Shown piece after piece: positions 23,452 through 36,060 of a stretch of 64,000 bases of DNA. Numbering within the stretch: the stretch's first letter is position 1; each line of letters begins with the position of its first letter. The stretch covers positions 23,932,001-23,996,000 of the forward strand of contig CM069155.1 in NCBI GenBank assembly GCA_035221665.1, written 5' to 3'. The translations under genes were made by a program, and so were the position numbers. The DNA comes from Okamejei kenojei. Taxonomy: Eukaryota. Below the pieces are notes generated by a model that worked only from the letters and a program-made list of their open reading frames with translations, had not been told where the DNA came from and ran no database searches.

Positions 23452-23805
23452 TACTGAAAGGCTTGGATAGAGTGGATGTGGAGAAGATGTTTCCACTAAT
23501 GGGAGAGTCTTGGACCTGAGGTCATAGCCTCAGAATAAAAGGACCTTTATTTAGGAAGGAGATGAGGAGGAATTTCTTTAGTTGATAAATCTGTGGAAGT
23601 CATTGATATAGAAGGCTGTGGAGGCCGTCAGTGGATGTTTTAAGGCAGAGACATATGAGATTCTTCTTTAACATAAGTGTCAGTGGTTATGGGGAGAAGC
23701 GTGGAGAATAGGATTGAGAGGGAGATAGAGATCAGCCATGATTGAATATGGTGGAGTAGACTAGATGGGCCGAATGTCCTCATTCTGCTCCTATCACTTA
23801 TGAAA
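23452..23805 (+). mobile_element. CR1 3' fragment
   Basis: GGCTTGGATAGAGTGGATGTGGAGAAGATGTTTCC... through the 3' UTR. Confidence 0.85.
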
Positions 23806-26800
23806 TTATGAACCTGCAGCCGAAATATCCCGTACAATGACACTGACACTGAAGGACGGGAATGTTAGATTGTACTGACCACACTGAGACCCCCACTGCA
23901 CAGGAAGACCAACAGTTACTGACCACGTGCAAAATGAATTTCTTCCATGGCTGCTATGTTTAATTAATATAAACTAGCTGCCTGACGTACACACAGTTTG
24001 CTGATAAGCTGGTGCTTACAATGTTTCTGCATGGTGATGCTGCAGAGACGCTGTCGGATACTGTTTACAGTTTCCCTTCGGATGGGAAGGTTATAATTGG
24101 CTCGCATTACTGTACATCGCTACCATCGCTGCTGCCGTGGTCGTCGCAAGGTAAGCGTGCTCCTTGTAGATCAGACTGGCATATCTATCAACACCGTCGA
24201 TAGTGAGCCTCACATCCAAGCAGCGGTAGGAAGTCACCGCGAGACTGACAGGTCTGGCATTCAATTCTGAGACCATCTGTTTGGTTGGAAAGAAGGCTGA
24301 CTACCATCTGTGCCATCGTTGAACCTTCCAGAGTATTAGCTCTGGTTCCCCATTCTCCCATCAATCAACATCCAAAAGCCATTTGCCAACTCACAAAGAA
24401 TTTTTTTTTTCTCGTACAAACTTTTACAGTGGAGATTTTACTTCATCTACTTATCTACTGTATGTACCTGTAGTGACGCTTAACATCTTGGTCAGCTTCC
24501 CTGATAGATGAGGAGTGGTTACGCTTATAATCCACAGCACACTAGAAGGTCCCAAGTTTGAGTTTTAATTTGTGCTGAGTTGGCTAATCTCACTCTGAGC
24601 TTTGCTTACAAATGTTAACATCAGTTGCAAGGTGGGGAGGAGGCAGGAGATATCGACATTCTGACATCAAGGGAACCTACATTTGACCGGACAATGGTGT
24701 TCCTTGCAGCTGAATGGTTCAGCAGCACTCACCAATCTTGTACATGAATAATGGCCGCTGGCCAACAGTCCTGGAGGAGTAACAATGCCATGTAATGCTA
24801 TCTCAGCAAGACGCCAGGGAGGGGGCCAAAGAAAAAACGTATCTCTCTGATAGTAAATGTAACAACACTAATCATAGAAACAAGCTTGAGTCCGACAACT
24901 GCTTGTCCCTCAAGTGCTCCAGTGAAAATGCGGCACGTAATTTCACAGTATCATAACATTTCTATTTTACATAGAGATAATAAATTACCTTTTAAATTAA
25001 AAGTAGCTTTATATGTAATGTTCTGCAGTTTTGAATGAATTTTTTTTTTTAAGTTTTAAGTTTTTTTTTAAAGTTTCCATCATTAATACAGCTGCATTAA
25101 AGTTCTGCTTTAATGTGTCTGTGGAGAGGAATTACTTTTTTAAACCATTCTCCGTTCACATGCTCCATAACTATGTTTATTTTCATGCAATGAATTTCAA
25201 TGCTTCTAAAAATAGTTAGCTGGATTAAAAAGTGTTATGCTGATTATTGTCTTAAAATATTATGAGAAAGGGCAACCGTCTTTGAAGAAATAGTTGTGAT
25301 GGTTGTAGGTAAATTGAATTTTTACAATTACCGCTGGCAACATTCCCCTCGCCTGACACATGAAAGCAGGACTTCATTGCAGCTATGTTATTAATGATGG
25401 AAACTTTTCTACAAAAATACATTCTTCGCTCAGCTTCAATAAACTAAAACCTGCAGGATTGTTTTAATTTCCCACTCTCCGTATCTGCCAGGTGGTGTGA
25501 ATATCAATATTGATGAACAATAATATTTCATAAAAGATATTTGACATTAACAAAGTTAACCAATGAAAAGATTTCAGATATTAGATAGATTTTACTGGAA
25601 ATTCTACGTGCATAAAATCACCTTCTTACAAAAATAATCGGTTCTTGCCAGCGATTACAAACCAATAATTTAACAAAGGTGTTCAGATGATATCATCAAC
25701 CATAAAAGCCAAGGTCGCACTACATGAAACATTGCCTGAACCTTGGGATTAGATAATTGCTTTGAAGTCAGTCCAAGACAAAGTTAATTTTTCTACAAAC
25801 GGTTTTACACCCGTGTTTTTTTGGGACATCACTATGGATACTAACTGCTAGTGCACCTTTGAGTTCTGAGACGGATACAAGGAGACTAATTTTTTAAGTT
25901 AGTACTGGCAGATGAGATTGTTGTGGGAGTGTGCCTGGAGAGGAGTTTGAACTCAAGGTTCCCACTCTCAGTCATGCATTGCGTGAAAGCAATGGCGAGG
26001 TTCCGGCCTGTTCCTCGGAAGGTTACGGGGAATAAAAGAAGGGAGAAAATAGAATCAGAAACAGAGGCACTCACATAAACTCTCCTGGAAGTTAGCTTCA
26101 GGCCAGTCTTGCGAAAGATGTGGGGAATATATTGGGAAAGACCTTGACACGATTCACAACTATAGATGAGGCACTGAGATCCAGGGAAAGGAAATTCATT
26201 TATTTTCAATTGGCATTGATATCTTGTATAAACAAACTCTACTCTGGCAGGGACACAGGCCAAAAGGAAACTTACATTTTTGTTACAGAAGTGATTACCT
26301 TAACTTAATTTGTTTTTCCTTAAAAAAGCATACCGCTAGAATACAATGAACTATGCTGTTTTATTCAATGGAAAACAAGCAAAGCAATATTACCATATCA
26401 GAGTTGGTTAAAACACCACAGGCCACTATTAAAAGCACGCATGGTGGGTGAAATCACCATTTCCTCTTGCAGTGATTTGAAGGGAACAATGTAAAGGGAG
26501 AAAGGCCAGCAGTGGGCTACTTGGTGCTGCTGAAGCAAGGGCTTGCTGTAACACACCATGTCCTCCCAAGCCGTAACCATCCTCCTGATTCACCAACATG
26601 GTTGTATAATGCTACAAAAGTATGCTTTTATTGACTCTAGTAATGTCCCGTTGGCCAATACTTTGGGGGATTGGAAATGGGTCATAGAGAGATTCGTTAA
26701 TAGAGAAAAAAAGAGGAATTAAATTACATGGGGAATCTCAAGATGGTGAAAGGATTTCGTAGAGCTCCCGCATAGCCATTCCATGACCTTGTCGGTAAAC

Positions 26801-26874
26801 ACAGCGACTGTATTGGAAATATTTATTTGCAGCGATTACTTGTTTGGAATAGCACGTTATCCACCAGATATAAA

Positions 26875-27150
26875 GTCATAGAGAATCAGAACTGTGCGGC
26901 ACATAAACAGGCCTTTGGCCCGCATTGCCCATGCCCACCAAGGTGCCCCATCTAAGCTAGTCCATTTAACTCCATTTGGCCCATATCCCTCGGAAACCTT
27001 CCTATCCATTTGTCTGTCCAAACTTCTCTAAAAATAATTGATTGTGTCTGCTTCTGCAGCATCCTCTGGCAGCTTGTTCCAGATACGAATTACCCTATGA
27101 GTGAAAAAGTTGCACCTGAGGTCTCTTAAATCTCTCCCCTTTCACCTCAA
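26875..27150 (-). mobile_element. CR1 3' fragment
   Basis: Similar to 22815-23060 and 47520-47740. Confidence 0.75.
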
Positions 27151-27849
27151 GGCCATACCATCCAGTATTAAATTTAAAGCTTCACCATCATTTGGATCAA
27201 AACAGCAAAAGCCTAAAAAAATTGTAGGAGTAAATTCATTTGAAAATTCCTGGTTGTTTTTGGTTTCTTTAGAAATTACAGCCTTGATTTAAAGTAAGAA
27301 ACTGTGCCATCCGATTGTGAAACATAGTTTATAATGCACTTGCTACAATGGAGGAGCCGCATTCAATACTCCAGTTCTATTTTAACATTAAGAAGCTAAA
27401 GCGGAGGGTGAGAAATAAAGGTAATAATATTAAATAAATCATAAAGTCGTACAAATGTAGCAGAAGATGAATGCGAGTGACTTTTTTTTATACAAGTTTG
27501 AAAAATTACGGCTGGTCATGTTTGACCAGAATATCACACTGAGCAACCTACGATTGATTTTGGCAATTTGTGAGAGGCGGCCACCCATAAGTGCGCACAC
27601 ATCAGGCTCGATTGTAAGATCGGGGCTTGGGCAATTGCTCACCGTTTGCATCGGGCTACACAGCAAAGGTTTCCGAGTTAAGTCCAACATTTCATTACAC
27701 GACACATTTTCCATAACAGGGGTGCAAAGAGATTGTTCAGAGCGAGCTTCAGAAGTGAACTGCAAAATAACCAATTTGGTTATTTTAGTTTCTTGAAAAA
27801 TAAAAACGCACCCTGTGCTCCTTATTTGGAAATAAAATCCGAGCATTTA

Positions 27850-28150
27850 TTGAGGTGACTTAGCAGGTCAGGCTGCCTCTGTGGAGGGAATGGACGGACC
27901 ATGTTTCGGGTCAGGACCTTCCTCTGACTGACCGGGGAAGGGGTGAGAAAGCTGGAAAAGAGAGGGAGTTTGGCAAAGTCTGGCAAGTAATAAATGGATA
28001 CAGGTGAGGGGGGGGGGGGGGGGGTTCGCAGAAGGGTGGAGTAAATGACAAAGGCTAAATAATCCCTCCTCCAGCTTTACATTTCATTCCTCCTCTTCTC
28101 TGTCTATCTGATATTTGTTCCCATTTCACCTCCAGTCACTTAATCCAGCC
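27850..28150 (-). mobile_element. Old Penelope-like pLTR fragments
   Basis: TGTTTCGGGTCAGGACCTTCCTCTGACTG degenerate hammerhead plus purine-rich pLTR body. Confidence 0.6.
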
Positions 28151-29603
28151 ATTTGCTCATCTAATGAGTGGCGTAATCTCAGTACACTTGCCCCTCCAAG
28201 TACGTGAACACTTGTATTCATGTTACCTTTACCATGTATTTAAATTCCAGTGCCAAGAATTTTTCAACTTGTCCAAATTCAATGCACTGTTATGGGAGAA
28301 TCTGAACGAACCGAATGCGTAGGGAAATATTTTTTTTTGCATTCTAATCAAAGTTAACACTTTAGCATGTACATGGTGTCTGAAGCTATACTGAGGATGT
28401 AGGAGGCTCCATGGGTGGAAAGTGTTGGGTCAGTGTTGTTCAGTCTGTGCACCACAGGGCCACTGCAGCACCTGGCTGATGTCCTCATTTAACTACAAAC
28501 TCTAAGTTGACCAATTGCTCTGTGATAGATTTCACCACTGACTTGGGTCCTCATCATTAGCAAAAGGCCAATCTGCATCTCGTGTACCGCCAATTAAAAA
28601 CAAGACTGGTAGTTGTGGGGGGGAGGGGAATTATTAGCAAACAAAATCTGTATTTTCTATTAAATTGACACGGTCAGAGAATGTTCACTATTCCATATTC
28701 GCTATGTGTTCAGGATAGATTGGTGTCAATCAGGAAGTGGCAGCCCTGTTCTTTTAAACTGATTTTTCTAAATTATATTATGATTATTAGGAGCAGGCGT
28801 ACAGTTCTCTGCAGAATGGGCCTCAGAATTAACACAAATATTCACCAGGGAAAAGGCTGTTCAGTCAATAAGTACCATGACCTTTCCCCTCAGGGATCAA
28901 AGCTTGAAATCTGGTCAGGATAAGATAAGTATTCTTTTTTCTATAATGGCTGGTAATGTTTCCTAAGTAAAATGAATTCGGGCAGTCTTAACTCAGTCCA
29001 CACCGGGCAAAGTTCACAGTAGAAAATTTCCCTTTATAATTGCCATTAATTGATTACATTTTGGTCTGCAGCCAAGCCAAAGTGAGAGCTAACCTTCACT
29101 GACAGAGTCTCCATCTGCCTAGTTAATTCCCTCTCTCCTACACAAATCATCCCCTCGTTACAGTGTCAAGCAGAAAGGCCTTATTTTGCCGAGAATACCC
29201 TTCCTCCAAGGTACATCCCCTACTTTTCATTAAGTTAGGTAGTTTGGGGCTGCCTGCTAATTTGCAAACATCTATTTCCTGCAGGAAAGCAGCTGTTTCC
29301 TATTTCTTTTTGTCCAAACACAGGAATATCATTGGAAATAAATTCAATGAATATGCATCAAATGCTTCCCTCCTCTTCTAGGCATTTTGCGTGCATTCAA
29401 AGGTTTGCCAACCAAGCTTAAATTATATTTCCTCCTCTCCGCAACATATGGCAATACATTTGAAATAAAAATTAATCATGCGCCCAATGGCAAAGCAAGA
29501 TACACAGAGTTCCACTCTGGCCAACGACCAAACAGTTATATGCTGCCATATAGTGAACATCCCAAGACACGTCACAGGAGTGTGCTCAAATAAAAGTAGA
29601 CAC

Positions 29604-29639
<36 letters not shown>

Positions 29640-29981
29640 TATTTTATTGTCATTGCACATAGGTGCAACGAGAGAGATTTGGTATGCAGCTTGCATCCGG
29701 TGTCATAACTTAAACAAAATTTATATACCCAGAGAAACATGATTTATAACAATAAAAACACGCAAAAAAGCTACGACAGCTTGGGTTAAGAATTGTATTT
29801 AATAGTCTCTGGTATGGATGTCAAATACAGAGGACCAAGGTATCCTACGTAAATGTCAGTAGGGTGACAATGGTGATCCTGTTGCTGGGAACCAGAGTGA
29901 AAATGACCATTCTACAAGGCACTCCATACAAAACCTACAGCCCACAATATCTGTGCTTAACATGATGCAAGATACACTAAA

Positions 29982-30134
29982 TGTGTAGGAAGGAACTGCA
30001 CATGCTAGTTTACGCTGAAGATAGACAGCAACTCTGGGACAGGCAACATCTCTGTAGAACTGACCCGCTGAGTTACACCAGCACTTTGTGTCTATCTTCA
30101 GTATAAACCAGCATCTGCTGTTCCTTCCTAAACA
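29982..30134. mobile_element. Fold-back Penelope-like element with a tail on both arms
   Basis: TGTGTAGGAAGGAACTGCA... / ...GCATCTGCTGTTCCTTCCTAAACA inverted termini. Confidence 0.8.
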
Positions 30135-30202
30135 ATTACATATATTAATCCCATTTGAGATGAATGGTTTCGTCTTTTATCGAATTAGTGCATAAAGGAA
30201 TT

Positions 30203-30452
30203 TAAGTAAGTAAGTAAGTAAGTAAGTTTATTGGCCAATATACAAGGAATTTGCCTTGGTGCTCCGCCCACAAGTAACAACATGACATACAGTGACAGTT
30301 ACAGGAAACACTAAACATTAATAATAATAAAACATCAATGATAAAACACCATTGATCAAGCATGTGAACCAACAAAATACCAGATCAAAGGGAGGCTACA
30401 GATTTTTGGCCGTTGAGTAGAGCAACTACTCGTGGATAAAAACTGTTTTTAT
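30203..30452 (-). mobile_element. Non-LTR (Rex1/L2-like) 3' end with (TAAG)n microsatellite tail
   Basis: (TAAG)6 followed by TTTATTGG; - strand KNSFYPRVVALLNG at the end of the ORF. Confidence 0.65.
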
Positions 30453-31409
30453 CCTTTCATGCAAATATGTTAGCAGACAGTTCGCAACAAAGCACAAGGT
30501 AAGATCGGCAGAGATGGTGCCGGTAGATTATCACAGATGTGCGTGCTGACTGCAGCACAGTGCCCGTGGCCACTCTGGGCTAGGCTCATTGAAAGCCACC
30601 ACTTATTTGCTCAGGTAAGTACGGATAAAGGATCATGGTTTTAGCAGGCAGTTTTCGCAGCTTACCAGACGAGTTACAAATTCTGTTCATGAAAAACACA
30701 CCACTGGGAGTGAAGAATAAGCACCTGAGCTCCATGGATCACCCCATGCTATTGATATTTCAATATCAGCTCATGTCAATACAATGAAGTGTGGCTTTTT
30801 CACTTCAGCACCAATCATGTGTATTAGCCACAGTCTGGATCCAGGAAGCTAAAGTCTCAGACAGCTAATACTATTATCTCTTTCATTGACCATCTGAAAC
30901 TGTGAGCATTCAAGTGTGCACAATCTCTGAATTATTCCACTGATTACTCTCGGGTTTATATGAAGGATGCTGCAATGTTTTGTGCTGCTGTAAATGCCAA
31001 GACCTGGTATTAACATATCATCTTAACAATATGAATGATATCCATTCCAACGCCACACTGCACACTAACTTCTGCTGGTACATAACATTGTGGGGAGCGG
31101 ATGAGAAAGTGGGATAACTTAGGACTATTATTTCCTTTATGAATCTAGTCAACGTATTGCTGGGCAATGTTTTACAATTTTTCTGAATCTTCCATTAGCA
31201 TTTCTAAAAATCATATTTCTAATCTCTGCAAAGTACATCTGGCAGTTTCACACGCTCATTATGTGGAGAAGACGCAGGAAGAAAATCACATCCACGTGGT
31301 CCCCCCCTCCCACCCCACATGCACTCTCACACACACACATCTTTAAATGAAGGTCTCCATAGGAGATTTCCTGATTCCCAAGCTATGATTTAGCCACTAT
31401 AAAACCATT

Positions 31410-31730
31410 GGTTGGCACAGCGGATAGAGTTGCTGTCTCACAGCACCAGAGACCCGTGTTCGAACCTGACCTCGGGTGCCGTCTATGTGGAGTTTGCACG
31501 TTCTCCCTGTCACCGCGTGGGTTTCTCCAGGTGCTCAGATTTCCTCTCACACCCCAAAGAGACGTGCGGGCTTACAGAGGGCGATTAACTGAATTGTCCT
31601 GTGTAAATTGCCACCCCCCGTGTGTAGTGAGTGGATGAAAAAGTGGGATGACTTAGAACTAGTGATCAATGGTCGACATGGACTCGGTGAACTGAACAGC
31701 CTGCTTCCCTGACGTTGCTCTAAAAACTAA
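31410..31730 (+). mobile_element. HE1/V-SINE
   Basis: tRNA-like head, V-domain, CR1-like tail. Confidence 0.85.
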
Positions 31731-33997
31731 GAAGGAAAAAAAAACTTTTACCGATTCAATCCTTTCCTCAGTCTGTGTTCACAAATAACTCACCGCCTTC
31801 TGGAATCCCCTTGGCAATAAAACCTGGCACGATATGCTGCCCGTGCCAGTCAAAGGGCATGGCCCCAAAACAATACCAACCTAAAAACAAAGTCATTGGG
31901 ATATTTATTTTGAAAACAACTTGCATGAGTAATGGTTCTGTGGTCTGTAGATTGTCGTACTCGCCACACTTGAGCAAAACAAAAAACACGCGTTTTCCAG
32001 ATGTCCATTAATGAAAAATAGTTTTAAAACCTCGACATAACATTCTCCGAGATTAATATAAACTCTCATTTGGAAAAAACAAATTCACAAGTGATGGATT
32101 GTAGGTTGTGCAAATACAAAAGAGGATTGTCAAAGCGGTTATTTTTAAAAATCTGAGCCCACTAATGAATAGCAACATGAAAAATCAACCATCTTTCTCA
32201 GAATAATTGCTGAGATTACATGAAGCCCTGGAATATACGGGAATACCAACCCAGGAAAGCTAGTTTTCCATTATAGTTTATAATTACAATGCTTAACCCA
32301 CAAACAGACTTGTGCAGGCTCTTCCTTGCTCCCATTGGAATGAAGTTTTAGTTTACAGCATTCTGAATCCGTAACCAACCTATACAGTTGCCTCTAGAGA
32401 GGCAATAAAAATATCCAGACTAATATCAGAACAACAGAAGCTACAATTTCAATAGTTGGGCTACAGAAATACTGCTCCAGTGTAGTTGTAAATTAATCAG
32501 GTGTTAGAAACAGCTCGCCTCGGACACTGGTGTAATGTACCTTTTCCACTAATGGAGGAATGCATATGCAATTACCACACCGTGCGATCACCTTTGCTCA
32601 TGGAAATCGTTATTATATTTTCCTGCCGACCCTGAATAATCCTCCATGTACACACCGGGAGAGTATTTTATGACTGGAATTTTGGAGACAAGATATTAAT
32701 TGAGTGTTCAGATTATACTGTACGCACGCTGGTCGAAGCAAAGGGCGAATGACTTGGCTTCGAACATGAACTTTGCCTGCATTTTGACTCTTGGCCCGAA
32801 CATGACCATTTCAGCCAAAGCAGAGAGAGACCACATATCCATCCAGTCTGTGCACAGCGCGTTGAATGGCCATCCATAGACCGAGATCACTGCTCTGAGA
32901 AAGGATTGGAGATGCTACGAGACTATCAGCAGATGGAACCAATCCATCAACAAATCTATTACATGTGTCCTATTAGAGAACACTCTGGCCAATGTAGAAT
33001 GATATTCCGGTATATTCTTCGTATATCCCTGTAGTATATTTTAATGTTACAGTGTAAATCACTTCCTGTAATTTTGCCTCTCGACTTTATCTAACTCGCC
33101 CATTGTGATGTTCCATGCCCCCCATCATTTGCCAATCCCCCCCCCCCCCCCCCCCCCGGCCTCTGCAACTTTCCCACTGATTATTCATTTCTCACAAGGG
33201 GGGGGGGGTGGGAGGAAGAAATTAAAAGGCACCCCACGGGGGTTTCCTCGGTGTGGGTTACCCCGGCTGAGAGCCCTGGTGAACCTCCGCCTCTAACACA
33301 CACACAGAGCGAGCGAGGATGAGTTTCGAGTGAAGTGTGAGACATCAGGTGCTCGCTTCACAATTCAGCTGCTCTGATCTGCGTCTCTTGCACATTTCAC
33401 ATTACGCTCAAGTACAGAACATGCTGTATGTAGCCGAATGCACACAGAGGCGAGAATAAATCAGCGTGGCCGCGATGAAAGGGTGGTCGATAGTGGATAA
33501 TTTCTCATCTTTAAACGCGGGGCCAGGGCTGAAGACTTGCAGAGAGAGCCCAGCGACGGCAGCAGAGGCTGTGCGTTACACGGCACACATATGGCGAGCA
33601 ATCCTGCCTCTCCCAGCCTCATCACCATCGCCCTCCAACCTGCTGCAAGCATATGGTGGAGATGGAGTAAACGGAATATCACCTGCAGCCAAGTGTTTGA
33701 GAGCAGCCAAAGCTGTGCTGTGGGAGTCAGGGTGGATTTGTTTAGCATCTTGAATAGGCAATCGGCGGTCAGGTTAATGGCACATAGATCTCTCCTGTAA
33801 TCTTTGCGCAAATTGAATTAGATGGAATCCATAACACAGAACTAGGTCGTGTGGCCCGACATTAAACATCAATATAACGTGTAAACCAGGCTCAAATTTA
33901 TGCTTCATTTGCTGCCAAGGATTCGTTCCCGAAGCAGGACGGCATGTCCGTGCATCGTGCAACACACACACACACAGAGAATAATCTCATAAACGTT

Positions 33998-34056
33998 TCA
34001 AAATGCTGGAGTAACTCAGCGGGGCAGCCAGCATCTCCGGAGAGAAGGAATAGGTG
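33998..34056 (-). mobile_element. Penelope-like arm ending at the hammerhead cleavage position
   Basis: AAATGCTGGAGTAACTCAGCGGGGCAGCCAGCATCTCCGGAGAGAAGGAATAGGTG. Confidence 0.75.
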
Positions 34057-34959
34057 CCGAAAAACCTAAACTCATTTTGAAGGCGAGGGGGGGTGGCTCC
34101 AGACTGAAGCCGACATTTAACGTACATCATCAGGATGCAAGGAAAAACTGATCGAGGAAACTCTGGCAGGTGAGGGCTGAGGATTACCGATGCCCTAACA
34201 CTAATTAGGGAGTTGTACCACTGTGGGCTTCAAAGGACTGCAGAATGACCCAAAGAGATAAGGTAAATGCCCAAAGCAGTCACCATTGGCAAAGATTTCC
34301 CCCATCTGTGTATGTGTGTGTGTAGGGCAGTCATACCCTGAGGATTATGGCAAGGCTGCAGGTTCTTAGCCCTAATTACAAAGCCTCTCTTTGTACCACG
34401 CTTTGATCAAATAGGTTAATACAGGATTAGAGTTAATCGCATTGTGGTGCTAAATAGCCCTTTCACTCACAACTGAGCTTTATTTACAGTAAATGTGGAT
34501 TATAAACTGAACATATATTCCCATATTCAATCACAGATTTCCAAATTACCATTACATCCATGGAAATGGTCATAGGCTTCTTTAACGATCTAGTTGGATT
34601 ACCAGAGGCAGTTGTAAACCTCAAATGGCCAGGCACCCTCAAGCGTCAAGGGTCATAAATGAGGCAAGTGTGTAATTGTCGTTTTACCCACAACTGAATA
34701 ACATTTTTACTTGCAGCAGTATACAGGTCTGTAAACACAGAGCTCATAGATAACCTCTTTTTTTTAAATTCAATAAAGTAAAGACCCCATATTAATGCAA
34801 AGAGCCCGAAGTCCTTTGTGCAATGACAGCTCACAGTTTAGTTGGTGTTTGCAGTGTTCAGAACCTGCTAGTAGCTGGCTGGGGTGGTGATTGCCAGTCA
34901 TCCCCCCCCCCCCCCGGACATTCCTTCCCCCAGTGACTGATCTCCCCCCTCTGAAATTT

Positions 34960-35121
34960 GCACTATTGCTACTGTATATACATATACATATATTACTGTT
35001 CCATTATTCTGTGTTCGCATTTCTGGGTGAGATGCAAACTGCATTTCGTTGTCTCTGTACTTGTACACTGCACAATGACAATAAAATGTTGAATCTGAAT
35101 CTGAATCTGAATCTGAATCTG
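34960..35121 (+). mobile_element. Rex1-like 3' UTR with (AATCTG)5 tail
   Basis: CATTTCGTTGTCTCTGTACTTGTACACTGCACAATGACAATAAA plus hexamer tail. Confidence 0.65.
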
Positions 35122-35867
35122 GGGTTGCTGCCCACTGTGAGGTACCTCCGTGGAACAGGCCAAGTCCCGCCCATCACCGTCTCCTCCTTTCCGATGCTGC
35201 TGACTTCAGCAGGCCCATTACACAAAAGGAGCAAGGCAAATAGAAGAAACATTTTAAAATGATTGTAAATGAGGCAGGAATGCAGCTCGGTGAAGTACAG
35301 CTCAGCAAATCTAATTGAGGGGTCCAGATGCGAATGTGAATCATGAGGCAAGCTCTTCTTGTAATTGGATTACTTCTGTCCATTCACCAGCAACGTCCTG
35401 TTATAAAATGGAGCAATACCACTTTGGACAATTCATTGTCAGGATGAGATTTGATGGCAATCAAGGACATCACCGATGGCAAAATAACAAAGGACGTCAA
35501 AGCTGAACCTGAAGGAATATTAAAGTTCTAATCGCATGGGACCTTTGAACCCGCCAGTGTGCATAGCATCTCCTGCTTTGTACCTGACCAATCAATATGT
35601 TTCTTGTGGTCACTGTTCCAGATTCCAAGCATTGTGCTGTGGGATGTGGGACTGAATACCAATGCACTCATATGCAAGCTCTTGGATATTTTAACAGAAT
35701 TATAAACCTGTAAAAATATCCCTGCATAATTGCATCACAAGCTTTCAGTGTGACTCTTTTTTTTCTTTCCAGTGGTCTTACTCAGCAACATGTTCTGTGA
35801 GTTCCTTGAGTGACCTTTATATACCATTGCTCCATAACCATGTCCACACCTAGTCGTTCCTGTTGGA

Positions 35868-36060
35868 TAGGAAGGAACTACCTAGGTAGATGCTGGTTTA
35901 AACCGAAGATGGACACAAAAAACTCAGTGGGTCAGACAGCATCTTTGGAGAAAAGGAATAGGTGACGTATCGTTTCGGGTTGAGACCCCTCTTCCGTCTC
36001 CTATTCCATTTCTCCAGAGATGCTGCCTGACCCGTTGAGTTACTCCAGCTTTTTGTGCCC
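35868..36060 (-). mobile_element. Fold-back Penelope-like element with partial hammerhead
   Basis: Inverted arms; flanking direct repeat GTTCCTGTTG (35856-35865, 36067-36076). Confidence 0.8.
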
